From contig OZ025760.1 of assembly GCA_964019335.1 (NCBI GenBank), forward strand, positions 141,053-205,052: a stretch of DNA of 64,000 bases. The letters run 5' to 3'. A program made the position numbers and the translations under genes. The stretch comes from Diplonema japonicum (taxonomy: Eukaryota; Protista; Euglenozoa: Diplonemea). How positions within the stretch are numbered: position 1 is the stretch's first letter; each line of letters starts with the position of its first letter. Positions 45,330 through 56,900 of this stretch are shown in pieces. The notes below the pieces were generated by a model, which had not been told where the DNA came from, made no database searches, and was given only the letters and a program-made list of their open reading frames with translations.

Positions 45330-46481
45330 TCACTGCCGCATTTCCGGCTCGCCCGTTTTTATCGCTGTGAAGTAAATGCAGTTGTACACGGTCCACTTCA
45401 TGGAGCAGGCGTTGACGGTGTATCCCGACTGCACCCGTCGCTCCTCCTGGATGGTGAATCCGAAGGAGATGACAATACGCCTCACTTCATCATAAGATAA
45501 ATCAACAGAAACCTCGTCAGGAGAGTCGGAGAAATGGTAAAGAAGCGGCCCCACGTTCACCCAGATCGCCCCGGGCTTCAAAAGCCTGTGAATCGTTTCG
45601 ATGTACTCGAAAATATTATGCGCGGTGTCGAGGAAATAACACGTCACAACCGCACCCCAAGTCCCGGCCTCATTCGGGTTACTATACACCTCTAAAAAGT
45701 CTCCCGCAACCATGGAAAAATCACCTTTTTCAAGCCCTTGATCTTCCAAATCGTCAATTGCTTCAGAAGGGCACATATCCGGGATCAGAGCAGGCCTGAA
45801 CTGTTCAGAACGCTGGAACACGTTAATTGTCTGATCGACATAGGGGTAAATCGCGATTTGTTCCTTAGCGGATACATGATTCAGCAGGAAATGACCGGAA
45901 ATTAACATGTGGTGGGAGAATTCGTTTCCTTGCGTGTTGAAGCCCCTTAGTGACAATTCGAACGCGAGGCGTGATAAGCCGCTTCCTGGGATTAAAACCT
46001 TTACCGCAAGCCGTTCTTCTCTTGTTTGGTAGAAATTTTCCAGCGATGTGTATATCGGATCGTAGGTTAGCTGTCTTTCCGCACGGCCCTCTTCGCTCCA
46101 GTCTCGAACAAATTGTTTCAGGGTTGAAATAACCTTGTCGATGTCCAGCCCTGTAGGGGTTTCGAAAAGCGGTTTCAGTTCGCCCTGCGGCCAGTAGCAG
46201 TCGAAGAGAAATTTGCTTGCCTTTGCGATGGAGTCCAAAAACCGTCCGTTAGCATCTATCGCCTGCTGCCACTCGCTAAAAATATGGCTGTGGTCACCCA
46301 TCAGCTGTCTGAATCTTGGTTCCAATCGGTCGAAATGCGCTTTACGCTGCATCATCACGGCACTGCTGGTCGATTTGTATACACGCATTGCCTCCGCGAT
46401 TCGCATGTAAGATTGCTGTTCTTGGATGATATCTGCCTCTCCCATAGGCGGGCCTTCAGGGGGACATGGGGGACCCGACAT
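45330..46481 (-). CDS. CARNMT1: Carnosine N-methyltransferase (N2227-like SAM-dependent methyltransferase)
   Basis: STLKQFVRDWSEEG, VLIPGSGLSRL, QGNEFS, AGDFLEVY, TCYFLDTAHN and NVGPLLYHF. Confidence 0.92.
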   Translation of the reverse strand: MSGPPCPPEGPPMGEADIIQEQQSYMRIAEAMRVYKSTSSAVMMQRKAHFDRLEPRFRQLMGDHSHIFSEWQQAIDANGRFLDSIAKASKFLFDCYWPQGELKPLFETPTGLDIDKVISTLKQFVRDWSEEGRAERQLTYDPIYTSLENFYQTREERLAVKVLIPGSGLSRLAFELSLRGFNTQGNEFSHHMLISGHFLLNHVSAKEQIAIYPYVDQTINVFQRSEQFRPALIPDMCPSEAIDDLEDQGLEKGDFSMVAGDFLEVYSNPNEAGTWGAVVTCYFLDTAHNIFEYIETIHRLLKPGAIWVNVGPLLYHFSDSPDEVSVDLSYDEVRRIVISFGFTIQEERRVQSGYTVNACSMKWTVYNCIYFTAIKTGEPEMRQ

Positions 46482-46565
46482 TTTTTTTTTTTTTTTTAAA
46501 TTTCTTGATGATTTTTTTTTTTGTGATTTTTTTTATAAAAAAAAGAAAAAGAGAGGGGGGAGACG

Positions 46566-46596
<31 letters not shown>

Positions 46597-47547
46597 ACTG
46601 AAAGGGAAAAAAAAAAAAAAAAAAGAACACAAACGAAGATGGATTGGAAAAAAAAAAAAAAATTAAAAAAAAAAAAAAAAAAAACTGTGAGCAAACAACA
46701 AAGGGGGCAGGAAAAAACAAAAAAATTAAAAAAAAAGGGTGTCAGAGGGGAACAAAGACCCTCCAGGAGGTAGGGAAGAAGGAAGAAAAAAAAGGGGGGG
46801 GGAGAAAGAATCACAACAAAGAATCAAAAAAAAGAAATCTGCTCAAATAAAACACAAGGGGGGGAGGGGGGGGGGGGGGGGGGGAGGAGGAGGAATCTTC
46901 ACGCCTTCTTTTTGCCATGATGGTTCTTTTCTTTTTTTTTTTTCAGTTCTTGGCTCCACTGAGCACAAGAAAAAAATGAAGAAAAAAAAAAGGTTCTTAA
47001 AGAAAATAAGAAGGAGCAAAAAGGTGGCGGATGAAGAAAAAAAAAAGGGGGAGATAAAAGGGTGTGTGCCTAATCTTGGCGAAGGGATAAATATATTTTT
47101 TTTTTTTTTTTTTTTTTTTGTGGGTGGCTTCTTAATCAGGTGGCCCTACCTGCGGCTAACCTGTACTTTCACTGAAAAGATTAGCTTTAAGAAAACATGC
47201 CAGGCAAACATGGGGAAAAGAAGTTTTCAGAATTAGGGTGGTCCTTTTCCCCTTCTATAGTTTATCCCCCCCCCCCCCCCCCCCCCCCCCTCCAGAGTGA
47301 TAAGAAGGGAAGAAAAAGAAGTGAAGAAGTGCCTGTGGGAGGAGGTATAGATCTTGTTTACTAGATTTTTCTTTTTTTGTTTGTTCTCTTCCTCTTTCCA
47401 TTTCTTCAGCCCTCCCCCCCCACCCCGGCTGAGGTGAGGAGTGGATTTGGTCCTTTGTTTTCCCTCTCACTCCCTCCCCCCATTCCCCCCCCCGTCATAA
47501 ACACGTAGTGGGAGGGGGGGGAACGGGAAATATAGAAAAAAAAAATC

Positions 47548-47583
<36 letters not shown>

Positions 47584-49089
47584 TTCGGCAAAAAAAGTAA
47601 CATTAGTTATAATAAAACGGGGGTTTTTTTTTTACCCCCTTTTTTTTTTTTTTTTTTTTTGCTCTTACAAGCAACTGAGCAGTAATTTGTATTTTTTTTT
47701 CCCTTCGTAACTCACAATATACCTCGTTGCCAAAGATGCTTTTTTTATTTTTTTTATAACTAACCAATCAATCGTTTTGCTCATTCAATAAAGGGGGGGG
47801 GTTTTTTTTGTGTGAATTTCTTTTTTTTTCTCTCTCTCTCTTTGTGTTGATGCCTCTTAACTGGTAGTTCGGCAAGCCGATTCGGTGGAAAATCCCCTGT
47901 CTTTTCTTACTTTTTCTATCCCTTCTCTTTTCGCCCCCCTCTCCCTCATCTTTTTTTTTTTTTTTTTGCCCAATTTGTATCCAGTGATTTTCTCGATTCG
48001 ATCCCTGTGCTTCGCTGTTGAAGGGGGGTGGGGGCAACTGAGAAAAAGGAAGCATTTATTTATTTATTTGTTTGTTTTTTTTTTTTCCTTCCTATTTCTC
48101 CCCTTCCCCCCCTACCTACAGGTTTTCAAAGAGAATGAAGGCACATCCTATACTTCTCTTTCATTGTCTTTCTACATCGGTTTCGGTTTCTTTTTTTTTT
48201 TCTTTTTTTTTTTTTTTTTCCTCTTTCATTACACGGACAAGTGGGCTACTCCATCATTGGATGGAAAGAGAGAAAAAGTGGGGAAGAAGGGAAGTGGGGA
48301 AAAAAAAAAAAAAAAAAAAGAAAAAAGAAAAAGAAAAGGGAAAAGTAGGATTTTGTGACCTAGGCTGCCGAGTGGTGGTCATTCTGTCAGTTTATATCTG
48401 TGTACCATGTCTTGGGCTTGGGGAAATAAAATAAAGGAGAGGCATAGGGACAGGAGACGTAAGGGGGGAAGGGGGGGATAGGGGCAGAGAGGGGGAACTG
48501 GGAGAGTCTCCCCCGGCCTTCAACACCTTCTTGAAGTCATCTTTTTTTTTTTTTTTTTTTTTTTTTCCCCTTCCTCAACAGAAACACATATCTACCTTCT
48601 GTAACTCCACCTCCCCCCCCCCTTCTATTTTCTATTTTTTCTTTCACTCGATTTTATTTTTCCTTTTCTTTCAGTTCTTGCTTTTTTTTTTTTTTTTTTT
48701 TTTTTTCCCTTCATCTTTCTTTTTTTTTTTAAAGGGTTCTCAAGCTTTTTAACTTCAAAAGGAATCAACAAAAAGGTAGCTTGTGTGAGGCTTTGCGAGG
48801 AGCTAAGAAAAAAACAAAAAAGAAAAAAAAATAGGGGAGAGAAAGGGGGGGGGGGGGCAAAAGAGGAGAGAGCTCCGAGAAGCGTATGCAGGGGGTCCCT
48901 CACTCTTTTTTATTTTCTTCTTCTTCCCTCTTCTTTAAAGGGGTGACGGGGGGTGAGGAGAGACTGAACAAAAGGAAACTTCTTGTAAATGAACTGGGAG
49001 CATGCAGGAAAAAAAAAAAAAAAAAAAAAAGGTCACTATGGCGATATCATTGGCACCATATTACCGTCGGTCTGCAAAGGAAAAAAAAA

Positions 49090-49150
<61 letters not shown>

Positions 49151-49156
49151 TCCATT

Positions 49157-51946
49157 TCATACCATTGAGAACTTTGGTTCACCAACTGCCCCCTCCACCT
49201 GGTGTGTTGACTCCAAGTCAGGCGCATTGCTTTCTTCAACTGACCTCTGCTCTTGCTCCACAAGGGCTTGGTTCTCCTTCTCAGCCCATTCCTCCTCCCA
49301 CTCATCCTCGTCCACTTCTTTCAGGAAAACCATGTAGATGACTGCAATGAGAACGCTGGCCCCCACGAGGAGGAAGACGCCGATGTACCAGAGGGTCCAG
49401 TCAGGCTCGAAGAGGGGGGCAAGAACGAAGGAGAACCTTGTCATGAGCTTGATGAGGATGTTGAGGGCGGGGCCGGAGGTGTCCTTGAAGGGGTCCCCGA
49501 CAGTGTCACCGCACACGGCCGCCTTGTGGCAGTCGCCTCCCTTCTCCGCGAGCTCCCCGTCCACCACCAGTTCCCCTGCTTCCACCCACTTCTTCGCGTT
49601 GTCCCATGCTCCTCCCGAGTTGCTCATTTCCACTCCCAGGAGGTAGCCTGACGAGATGGCCCCCATGAGCAGCCCCACCAGACTGTGCGACCCGAACAGG
49701 AAGCCCACGATCATCGGGGAGAAGATCGCCAGCACCCCAGGCATCAGCATCTCCTTCAGGCTCGACTTCGCGCTGATCTCGATGCACCGATCGTACTCCG
49801 GGACCACGTCCGTGTTCGTCAGGAGGTCCGGGTTCTCCACGAACTGCCTGCGCACCTCCCACATCATCTCCTGTGCCGTCTTGTTCACGCTCAGCATCGT
49901 CATCGCTGCGAACACGTAGGGGAGGAGGGCCCCGAGGAGCACCCCGCACACCACCACAGGCTGCAGGAGGTTCACCTCCTCCACTCCAGCAACACGCGCG
50001 AAGGCCACCAGCAGCGACAGGGCGCTCAGCACAGCGCTCCCGTTCGCAAACCCCTTCCCTGTCGCAGCCGTCGTGTTCCCCAAGGCGTCCAGCTTGTCGG
50101 TCGTCTCGCGCACCCACGGCGGCAGCTGCGTCATCTCAGCGATGCCCCCCGCGTTGTCCGACACAGGGCCGTACGCGTCGGTCGCCATCGTCACCCCGAG
50201 CGTCGACAGCATCCCCACGCAGGCGATTGCCGTCCCGTAGAAGCCCGCAAGGTAGTACGCCGAAAGAGCCGTCCCAGCGATGAAGAGAAGAGGGGCCGCA
50301 GTGCTGTACATACCCATCCCAAGCCCCTGGATGATCACAGGCCCGGGACCGAACTCGCTGGCCCGTGCAATGCTCCTCGTTGGCGACGAGGTGTGGGAAG
50401 TGAAGTACTCAGTCACGATCCCGATGAGGACCCCGCACAGCAGCCCAAGGGACACACACCCGAACATGCGCATCCCGGGGTTCAGCTGCCTCGCAAGTTC
50501 TCCCTCCAGGAGCTGCCTCTCTTCTGTACGGTTCGCCACAGCGTTGTCCAGACGGTCCAGTTCGGTGTCCTCACTGTTGAACAGACCCATGCTCAGGAAC
50601 AGCAGCAGAACTGTGAGGAAACCAGCAGCCCCGAACACGTTGAAGCGGAGAGCCTTCAGAAGGTCCTTCAGCTCAGCAGGTTGCCCTTGTTCCTTCATCA
50701 CCTTCACCTTTATAGTGAAGATCATGGAGACACTCAGGCCGATCATGGAGATCCAGAAGGGATAGGCCACACCCTTCTCACCGAATTCACCAGCACCCAG
50801 AACACAGGCGGCCACCAGTGCCCCGACGTAGGACTCGAAGAGGTCTGCGCCCATCCCAGCCACGTCGCCCACGTTGTCCCCAACGCAGTCCGCGATGGTT
50901 GCAGGGTTGCGGGGGCTGTCCTCAGCAAGGTCCAGGTCCACTTTTCCGCACAGGTCGGCACCTACATCGGCTGCCTTCGTGTAGATCCCACCACCCACAC
51001 GGGCGAACAGAGCCACAGCACTCGCACCGAATCCGAACCCGCCCATTGCATTCGCGTTCGAGAAACTGGCGTAGCTCAGAGCAAGGCCCCCAAGACCGCA
51101 CGACACCACTCCAAGGCCCATGCACGCCCCAGTGCGGAAGGCAATTGCAAGCCCCTTCTTCAGACCTCTATCGTGGTCGGAGTAGCAAGCGGCGGCTGTC
51201 CTGCAGTTGCCTTCTGTCGCGATGAACATGCCCATGTACCCACAGGAGGCGGAGAGGAACGCACCCATGAGGAAAGAGCAGGAGGTGGCGGGGACCCAGT
51301 CGTTCTCGCGGGCGTCGATTGCGAAGAAAAGGAAGGCCCAGAGAGCGACGACGAAGGGGAGGAGGCATGCGTACTCCATGTGGAGGAACTGCAGGGCTGC
51401 CTTGTGGATGGTCTCGGAGGCATCGCTCATCTCGTCCGTCCCACGCGGCTGTGCCATCACGTCCCACGCGTACAAAGAGACCACCACCAATCCAAGGGCA
51501 GAGGCAGCCATCGCCGCAAACACAGAAGGGTAAGGAACACTGTAAATACAGTCAGGGTTGGGGTAGATGGGCTTCTGAGGGGGGTCCAGCTGTGAGAGCT
51601 CGTAGTTCACTGTGATCTGACGCACACAGTCGGACGGGTCGTACAAGTCGAAGTGGCTCTTCCTGAAGGGCTGCAGGGCGCTGAAGTGCCGGTTCAGCAG
51701 TGCTATACGGTTGGGGGAGTACTCGTCGTATCGGGGGCTCGTGTCGTCCTCACTGTAGGCAGAGATCGACAGGGCCACCGCCACAACCGTCCAGAACAGC
51801 CAGAAGAACGCGACGAACAGTAGCCTCTTCCGGCGAGGCGGCTTGTTCTTGTTCCACGGGTCGACAGGGTCGATGTCCGACTCGTCGTAGGACTCCTCAT
51901 CATCGCCCTCTACTCGTTGTTCGTTCTCTTCGTGCACCGAACTCAT
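49157..51946 (-). CDS. Membrane-bound cation-pumping pyrophosphatase, K+-dependent type, catalytically intact
   Basis: GGGIYTKAADVGADLCGKVD, EDSPRNP, DCVGDNVGD, DAYGPVSDNAGG, LDALGNTTAA, GGAWDNAKK and GDTVGDPFKDTSGP. Start MSSVHE follows an A-run. Confidence 0.95.
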   Translation of the reverse strand: MSSVHEENEQRVEGDDEESYDESDIDPVDPWNKNKPPRRKRLLFVAFFWLFWTVVAVALSISAYSEDDTSPRYDEYSPNRIALLNRHFSALQPFRKSHFDLYDPSDCVRQITVNYELSQLDPPQKPIYPNPDCIYSVPYPSVFAAMAASALGLVVVSLYAWDVMAQPRGTDEMSDASETIHKAALQFLHMEYACLLPFVVALWAFLFFAIDARENDWVPATSCSFLMGAFLSASCGYMGMFIATEGNCRTAAACYSDHDRGLKKGLAIAFRTGACMGLGVVSCGLGGLALSYASFSNANAMGGFGFGASAVALFARVGGGIYTKAADVGADLCGKVDLDLAEDSPRNPATIADCVGDNVGDVAGMGADLFESYVGALVAACVLGAGEFGEKGVAYPFWISMIGLSVSMIFTIKVKVMKEQGQPAELKDLLKALRFNVFGAAGFLTVLLLFLSMGLFNSEDTELDRLDNAVANRTEERQLLEGELARQLNPGMRMFGCVSLGLLCGVLIGIVTEYFTSHTSSPTRSIARASEFGPGPVIIQGLGMGMYSTAAPLLFIAGTALSAYYLAGFYGTAIACVGMLSTLGVTMATDAYGPVSDNAGGIAEMTQLPPWVRETTDKLDALGNTTAATGKGFANGSAVLSALSLLVAFARVAGVEEVNLLQPVVVCGVLLGALLPYVFAAMTMLSVNKTAQEMMWEVRRQFVENPDLLTNTDVVPEYDRCIEISAKSSLKEMLMPGVLAIFSPMIVGFLFGSHSLVGLLMGAISSGYLLGVEMSNSGGAWDNAKKWVEAGELVVDGELAEKGGDCHKAAVCGDTVGDPFKDTSGPALNILIKLMTRFSFVLAPLFEPDWTLWYIGVFLLVGASVLIAVIYMVFLKEVDEDEWEEEWAEKENQALVEQEQRSVEESNAPDLESTHQVEGAVGEPKFSMV

Positions 51947-52010
51947 TTTTTCTCTTCTCTTTTTTTTTTTTTTTCTTCTTCTTTTTGTGATCACTAAGGT
52001 TTCACCTCTG

Positions 52011-52051
<41 letters not shown>

Positions 52052-52594
52052 TTTTGTTATTCTGGGGGGAAAAAAAATGATTTCTCCCTCCCCCCTTGTT
52101 TGCGTCGCGTCCATGTTGCATAATACAATACGAAAACTAGAGGGCAAAAAAATAAAAAGGGGGAGGGGAGAAGAATTGGGAGAGGGAATTAAAAAAACCA
52201 AAAAAAAAAAAAATATAGAATGCGGACACAAAGTAAAGGTTCAAAAAAAAAAAAAAGAGGCGGGGAGGGGAGGGGAGGGGGGGGGGAGGAAATGCCAAAG
52301 AAAAACACTACATTTCACAGCTTGACTTCTTCGGGGGCGTATGGGTGTGCTTTTCAAAGGCAATACCCTCTTGGATAATGGGGTGGAATGAGAGGGAGGG
52401 GGGTCAGCTTTCTTTTTTTTTCTTTTTTTTTTCTTCCTGGAAATAACGAGTCTTTGACTCGTTTTAACAAAAGGGGAATGTTGAAAAAAGTGTTTTTACG
52501 GGTTGTAAACATTCCAAGCCTCTGGGGGGGGAAACCTGGGGGAAGTTTTGTTCCCCCTATAGCACATTACAATTAACGGCCAGTTCGGTTTCCC

Positions 52595-52635
<41 letters not shown>

Positions 52636-53993
52636 GTTATCAACACCAGAGGAAGGATTTTTAATGGGAAGGCGAATCCACCACAAAGCTGAAGGGGAAA
52701 TTTACTTTTTTTTTTGGGAGGGGGGAGGACTACACGATAAACAAAGAAGGGGGGAAGAGAGGAAAAAAATAAAGAAAAAAAGAAAAAAGAAGCGGGAGAA
52801 AAGAATCAGGAAAGATAACGACGAAAAAAAAAAAATATTATAAAAAAAAAAAAAAAACAGGGAGAGAGAGGGAGAGAGTACAACGGAGATGGCATATAAA
52901 AAAAAAAGATTGATATTTCTAAAAGGGGACCAGTCTATTGGTAGTGAAACAGGAAAAAAAAAGGGGGGGAGGGGAATCAAAACGGAGAGAGTACAAGCTT
53001 GACATATAGCCAGCACGTCGAAAGACAAAATCTTAATTTTAATTTTAGCTTTCTTCTCTTGATGTTTATTCTTTTTATATATATATATATATTTTTTTTT
53101 ATACAGGCTAAGCCCACCAGAACTCAAGTAACAGATAATCCCTCTTGAGGGCAGCCATTGTGGTATAAAGTTCTTTTCTATTAATGCTTCCCAGCTTTCG
53201 TCCCTGGTGTTTAAAAAAAAAAAAAAGATGAGCATAGCCTTGTTTTTATATCATTTGTTCATTATGAATAAGAAGAAAAATACTTCATATTTTTTTATTT
53301 CCCTTTTTTTTTTTTCGATTACTGTAAAAGCGGGGGGGGAAAAAAAAAAGGAAAAAAAATGTCGGACTGAAACCCAGAAATACAACCAAAAAAAAAAAAA
53401 AATGGAGGCACTTTTTTTTTTTTGAAAAAACTTATGCCAACCCCCCCCCCCCCCCCCCCACCCCCATCACTCACTTGCTTTTTTTATTCTCTTTTTTTTT
53501 TCTCCCCTTTCTCTTTTCGATACCTTTCTCACCAATTTTCTTTCTCTTTGGTCTCTCTCAGAAAAAAAGGAGTGGGGGGGGGGGGGGGGGAGAGAGAGAG
53601 GATCTTTCTAACAAGAACCAAGGGGGGAGGGGGGGAAGGCGTGTTCACAGAGTATTTTGTAAGTTTGTATTTTTAAAAAATCAAACTAATATTTTTTTTA
53701 AAGGGAAAGGAAGAGGGAGACAGGAAGTGGGAGGGGGGACTATCTCCTTTTCGATTATCCCCCTTTACTTCAATTTCTTCCTCACCACCTTTTTTTTTTT
53801 TTTTTTTTTTTTTTTAGAGGAACTTGACAAAAAAAAAACAATATGATTAGGGGACAGGGGGGGGGGGGGGGGGGAAGAGGGAATTTTCATTTTTTTTTTT
53901 TTTTTTGTGTTACAAGTACATTTTTTTTTTCTCTTTTTTTTTTTTTTTATTCACAAAAAAAAAAATTCTTCAAAAAAAAAAAAAAAAAAAAAT

Positions 53994-56900
53994 CTAATCC
54001 TCATCCACCAAAACATTATCTCCGGGTGGAGCTTCATCTTCCTCTGTGTCCTCCTCGTCGTAATCTTTCGGTTTCTTCTCCTTGAGAACCGTGAATTCAA
54101 GCAGAATGGCCAGCAGAATCAAACAACTGACCACAATCACACCACGATCCCAAAATTCCATGTCATCCGCGAATCTCGGTGCAAGAATGAACGAGACGTA
54201 TGCCATACACTTCGACAGGATATTCAACGAGGGACCAGCGGCATCTTTCAGCGGGCTGCCGACAACCTCAGCAGTACAAAGACTGGTGTGTGATGCAGAG
54301 GTCGTGTCGTGCAGCTGTCTATTGATAACAAGCCTGCCCGATTCAATATATTTTTTCGCGGATTTTACAGCAATTCCAAAAATGGACATGAACATCCCCA
54401 AAAGGTACCCGCAAGCAATGCACGACACCAGAAACCCAACCAACGCATGAGAACCCAACCCAAACCCGACAGCAGCAGGCACGAAAAACACGATTAAAAT
54501 GGGGTAGATAACGCTTTTAACAGCCGCAGATTGAACCAGTTTCGCGAGTTTTCTATAATTGGGCCTCGTCTGCCCGTTCACAATTAACATGTCAGGGTTT
54601 TTCCGAACCTGAGCCTGAACCTCATTTACAACTCGTTTCACGGTTTTAACAACCGACATCATCGTCAGCGAGGACACGGCGAACGGTGCCAGAGCACCAA
54701 GGAAGATACCCAAAAGAACAACCGGTTTCACCACTTGAATATCGTCGATTGCAGCAACTCTTGTAAACGCGCACACCATCGCGATCGATGTGAAAGCAGC
54801 TGAGCCGTGCGACATGGATGCAGCGGTCGATGTGGCGGCAATTCCCAAAGACTCCAACGTTTCAGCGTTCTCCTTAACATATCCGGGCAAATTTGAAATA
54901 ACCGCGATCATCTTGGCATTGTGGGAAATACTGTATAAACCGGAAGTCGTAGAAGCTATCGACGATGACGTCAGCAGCCCCAACGCTGCGATGGAAATCC
55001 CGTAGAACCCTGCAAGATAGTTCGCACCGGACATCGCTCCAATAAGCGCGAGTGTTGGTACCGTAGTACAGTACATCCCCATACCAATTCCTTGAAGAAT
55101 GACAAGCGACGTCCCATACTCAGACGCCTTCGCGATGGACTGAGTCGGGTGCTCAAAATACGATGAAAAGTGTTCTGTTATCAGCTCCGATATTATCCCC
55201 GCTGTCGTTCCCAACATAACGCATCCCCATAACCTCGGGCCGGGGTAGTCCTGGTCGTCTGAAGAACCAGGACGGTCGTCAAGCGTGTTTCCAATATCGT
55301 TGAATAAACCAAGGCATAGAAGTAGTGCGATACACGCGTAAAGGATGTTTGCTACCCACATGTTTACGCGGAGATTTCTGTTGAGTTTGAAAACGGACGG
55401 TTGGGTGTTGTTTTTACCCTTCAACCCGCGGACGTACAGAGAGCAGAACGTGTTGACCCCAACAGACAACATCAACAGGTAGAACGGAAGCGCGACACCG
55501 TCGTCGCCGAACTCGCTGGCACCGAGTACCGCAGCGCTGACAAGCGCGCCTGCTGCCGAATCGAACAGATCACAACCCACTCCGATAACGCTCGACAGGT
55601 TCTGTCCTGCAATATACGTCAGCATTCCAGGATTCTTAGACGGGTACTGTGAAAACGCAACCTCTCGTTTCTCCGAAATATCTGTTCCGATTTCACCCGC
55701 TTTCGCATAGACGCTGCCTCCAATTCTCATGAATACCGTGACGACCGACCCGCCCAACGCAAATCCTGCAAGGGATACAACATTTCCGAAAATGTTGTAA
55801 ATCGATGGGATCGTCGCGCATACAGTCGCGAGCACACCGATACCCATGCATCCTGCGGCCCTGTGGATGATTTTCAAACCTCTTCGAACGCCCTTTTCAT
55901 CCGAAGAATAACACGCTGCCGCCGCTCTAGACGACCCTTCATAAGCAGCGAGACCGTTCAACAAAGCGTTCAGCAATGCGATAAGCACCCCTACGAAAAA
56001 CGACATTGCACCAGACGGCATTTCTTGCGGATTGTCTCTGTAATCCACGATTATGTAAATGAGTATCCAGACGACCCCTGTGATGACAAGGATGTAGGGG
56101 AGCATCTTTTTGATGTATTCAAGGAATTTTCTTCTGATGGTGTCCGCCGATCGAGCCATGTTGTCTGTCCCCTTCGGGCGGTACCTTATGAGAACGTGGT
56201 GAACGCATATCACAGCAAGCCCAGTGAAACCCGTGCAGATCGCTGCCATTGTGGCTGTGTATGGAATGTTGTATTCGCACGCCCAGTCGGTTGGGTACTG
56301 TTCCTTGAAGTTTGTTGTTTGTATGCACGACACAGGCTGCCCGCCTAAGAGAAAACCCTTGTCTTGAAGAAACGGGTTGTAATCTGTCCAATGTCTATTA
56401 TTCAAGGATGCTGCATTTGGATGGTAGTTATCTGTCCTTCGAAATCCGTCCTTGTCCCACTTGTACGCGAAAAAAACACAGATCAAAGCACCAAGAGACA
56501 GCTGCACGGCAACCATGACAAGGACGATCTGGTACCACGTGTACCGCTCCTTGTTCTGGTTCCACGGGTCCGAGGATTTGTTCTTTTTCCGTTTCTTCAA
56601 ATCGTTCTCGTCCTCGAACGGGCTTGCGTTGGCCCAGTCCACCACCTCCTCATTAGGATACGGCTGCGCTCCTGGATAACCCTGCTGGTCCTGCGGCTGC
56701 GGCCATTGCTGGACATGACCCGGTTGTTGCCTGAAATGACTTCCTTGCATCTGTCCATCTTGTTTATAAGGGCTTTCTTGTTTATAAGGGCTTCCTTGCG
56801 GTTGTCCCTCCTGCCTGTAAGGAACGCCATTTGGCGCGACTGGAGGTTTATTTTCCATTCCATGAGCGGTCGGGCTTCCCTGTCTTTGACTCCCGGACAT

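Noticed and set aside
46490-49150. Many short K-rich or F-rich ORFs in spacers
   Set aside because: Artefacts of homopolymer runs.
49685-51595. 636-aa plus-strand ORF
   Set aside because: Antisense shadow of the GC3-rich PPase gene, with no recognisable motifs.
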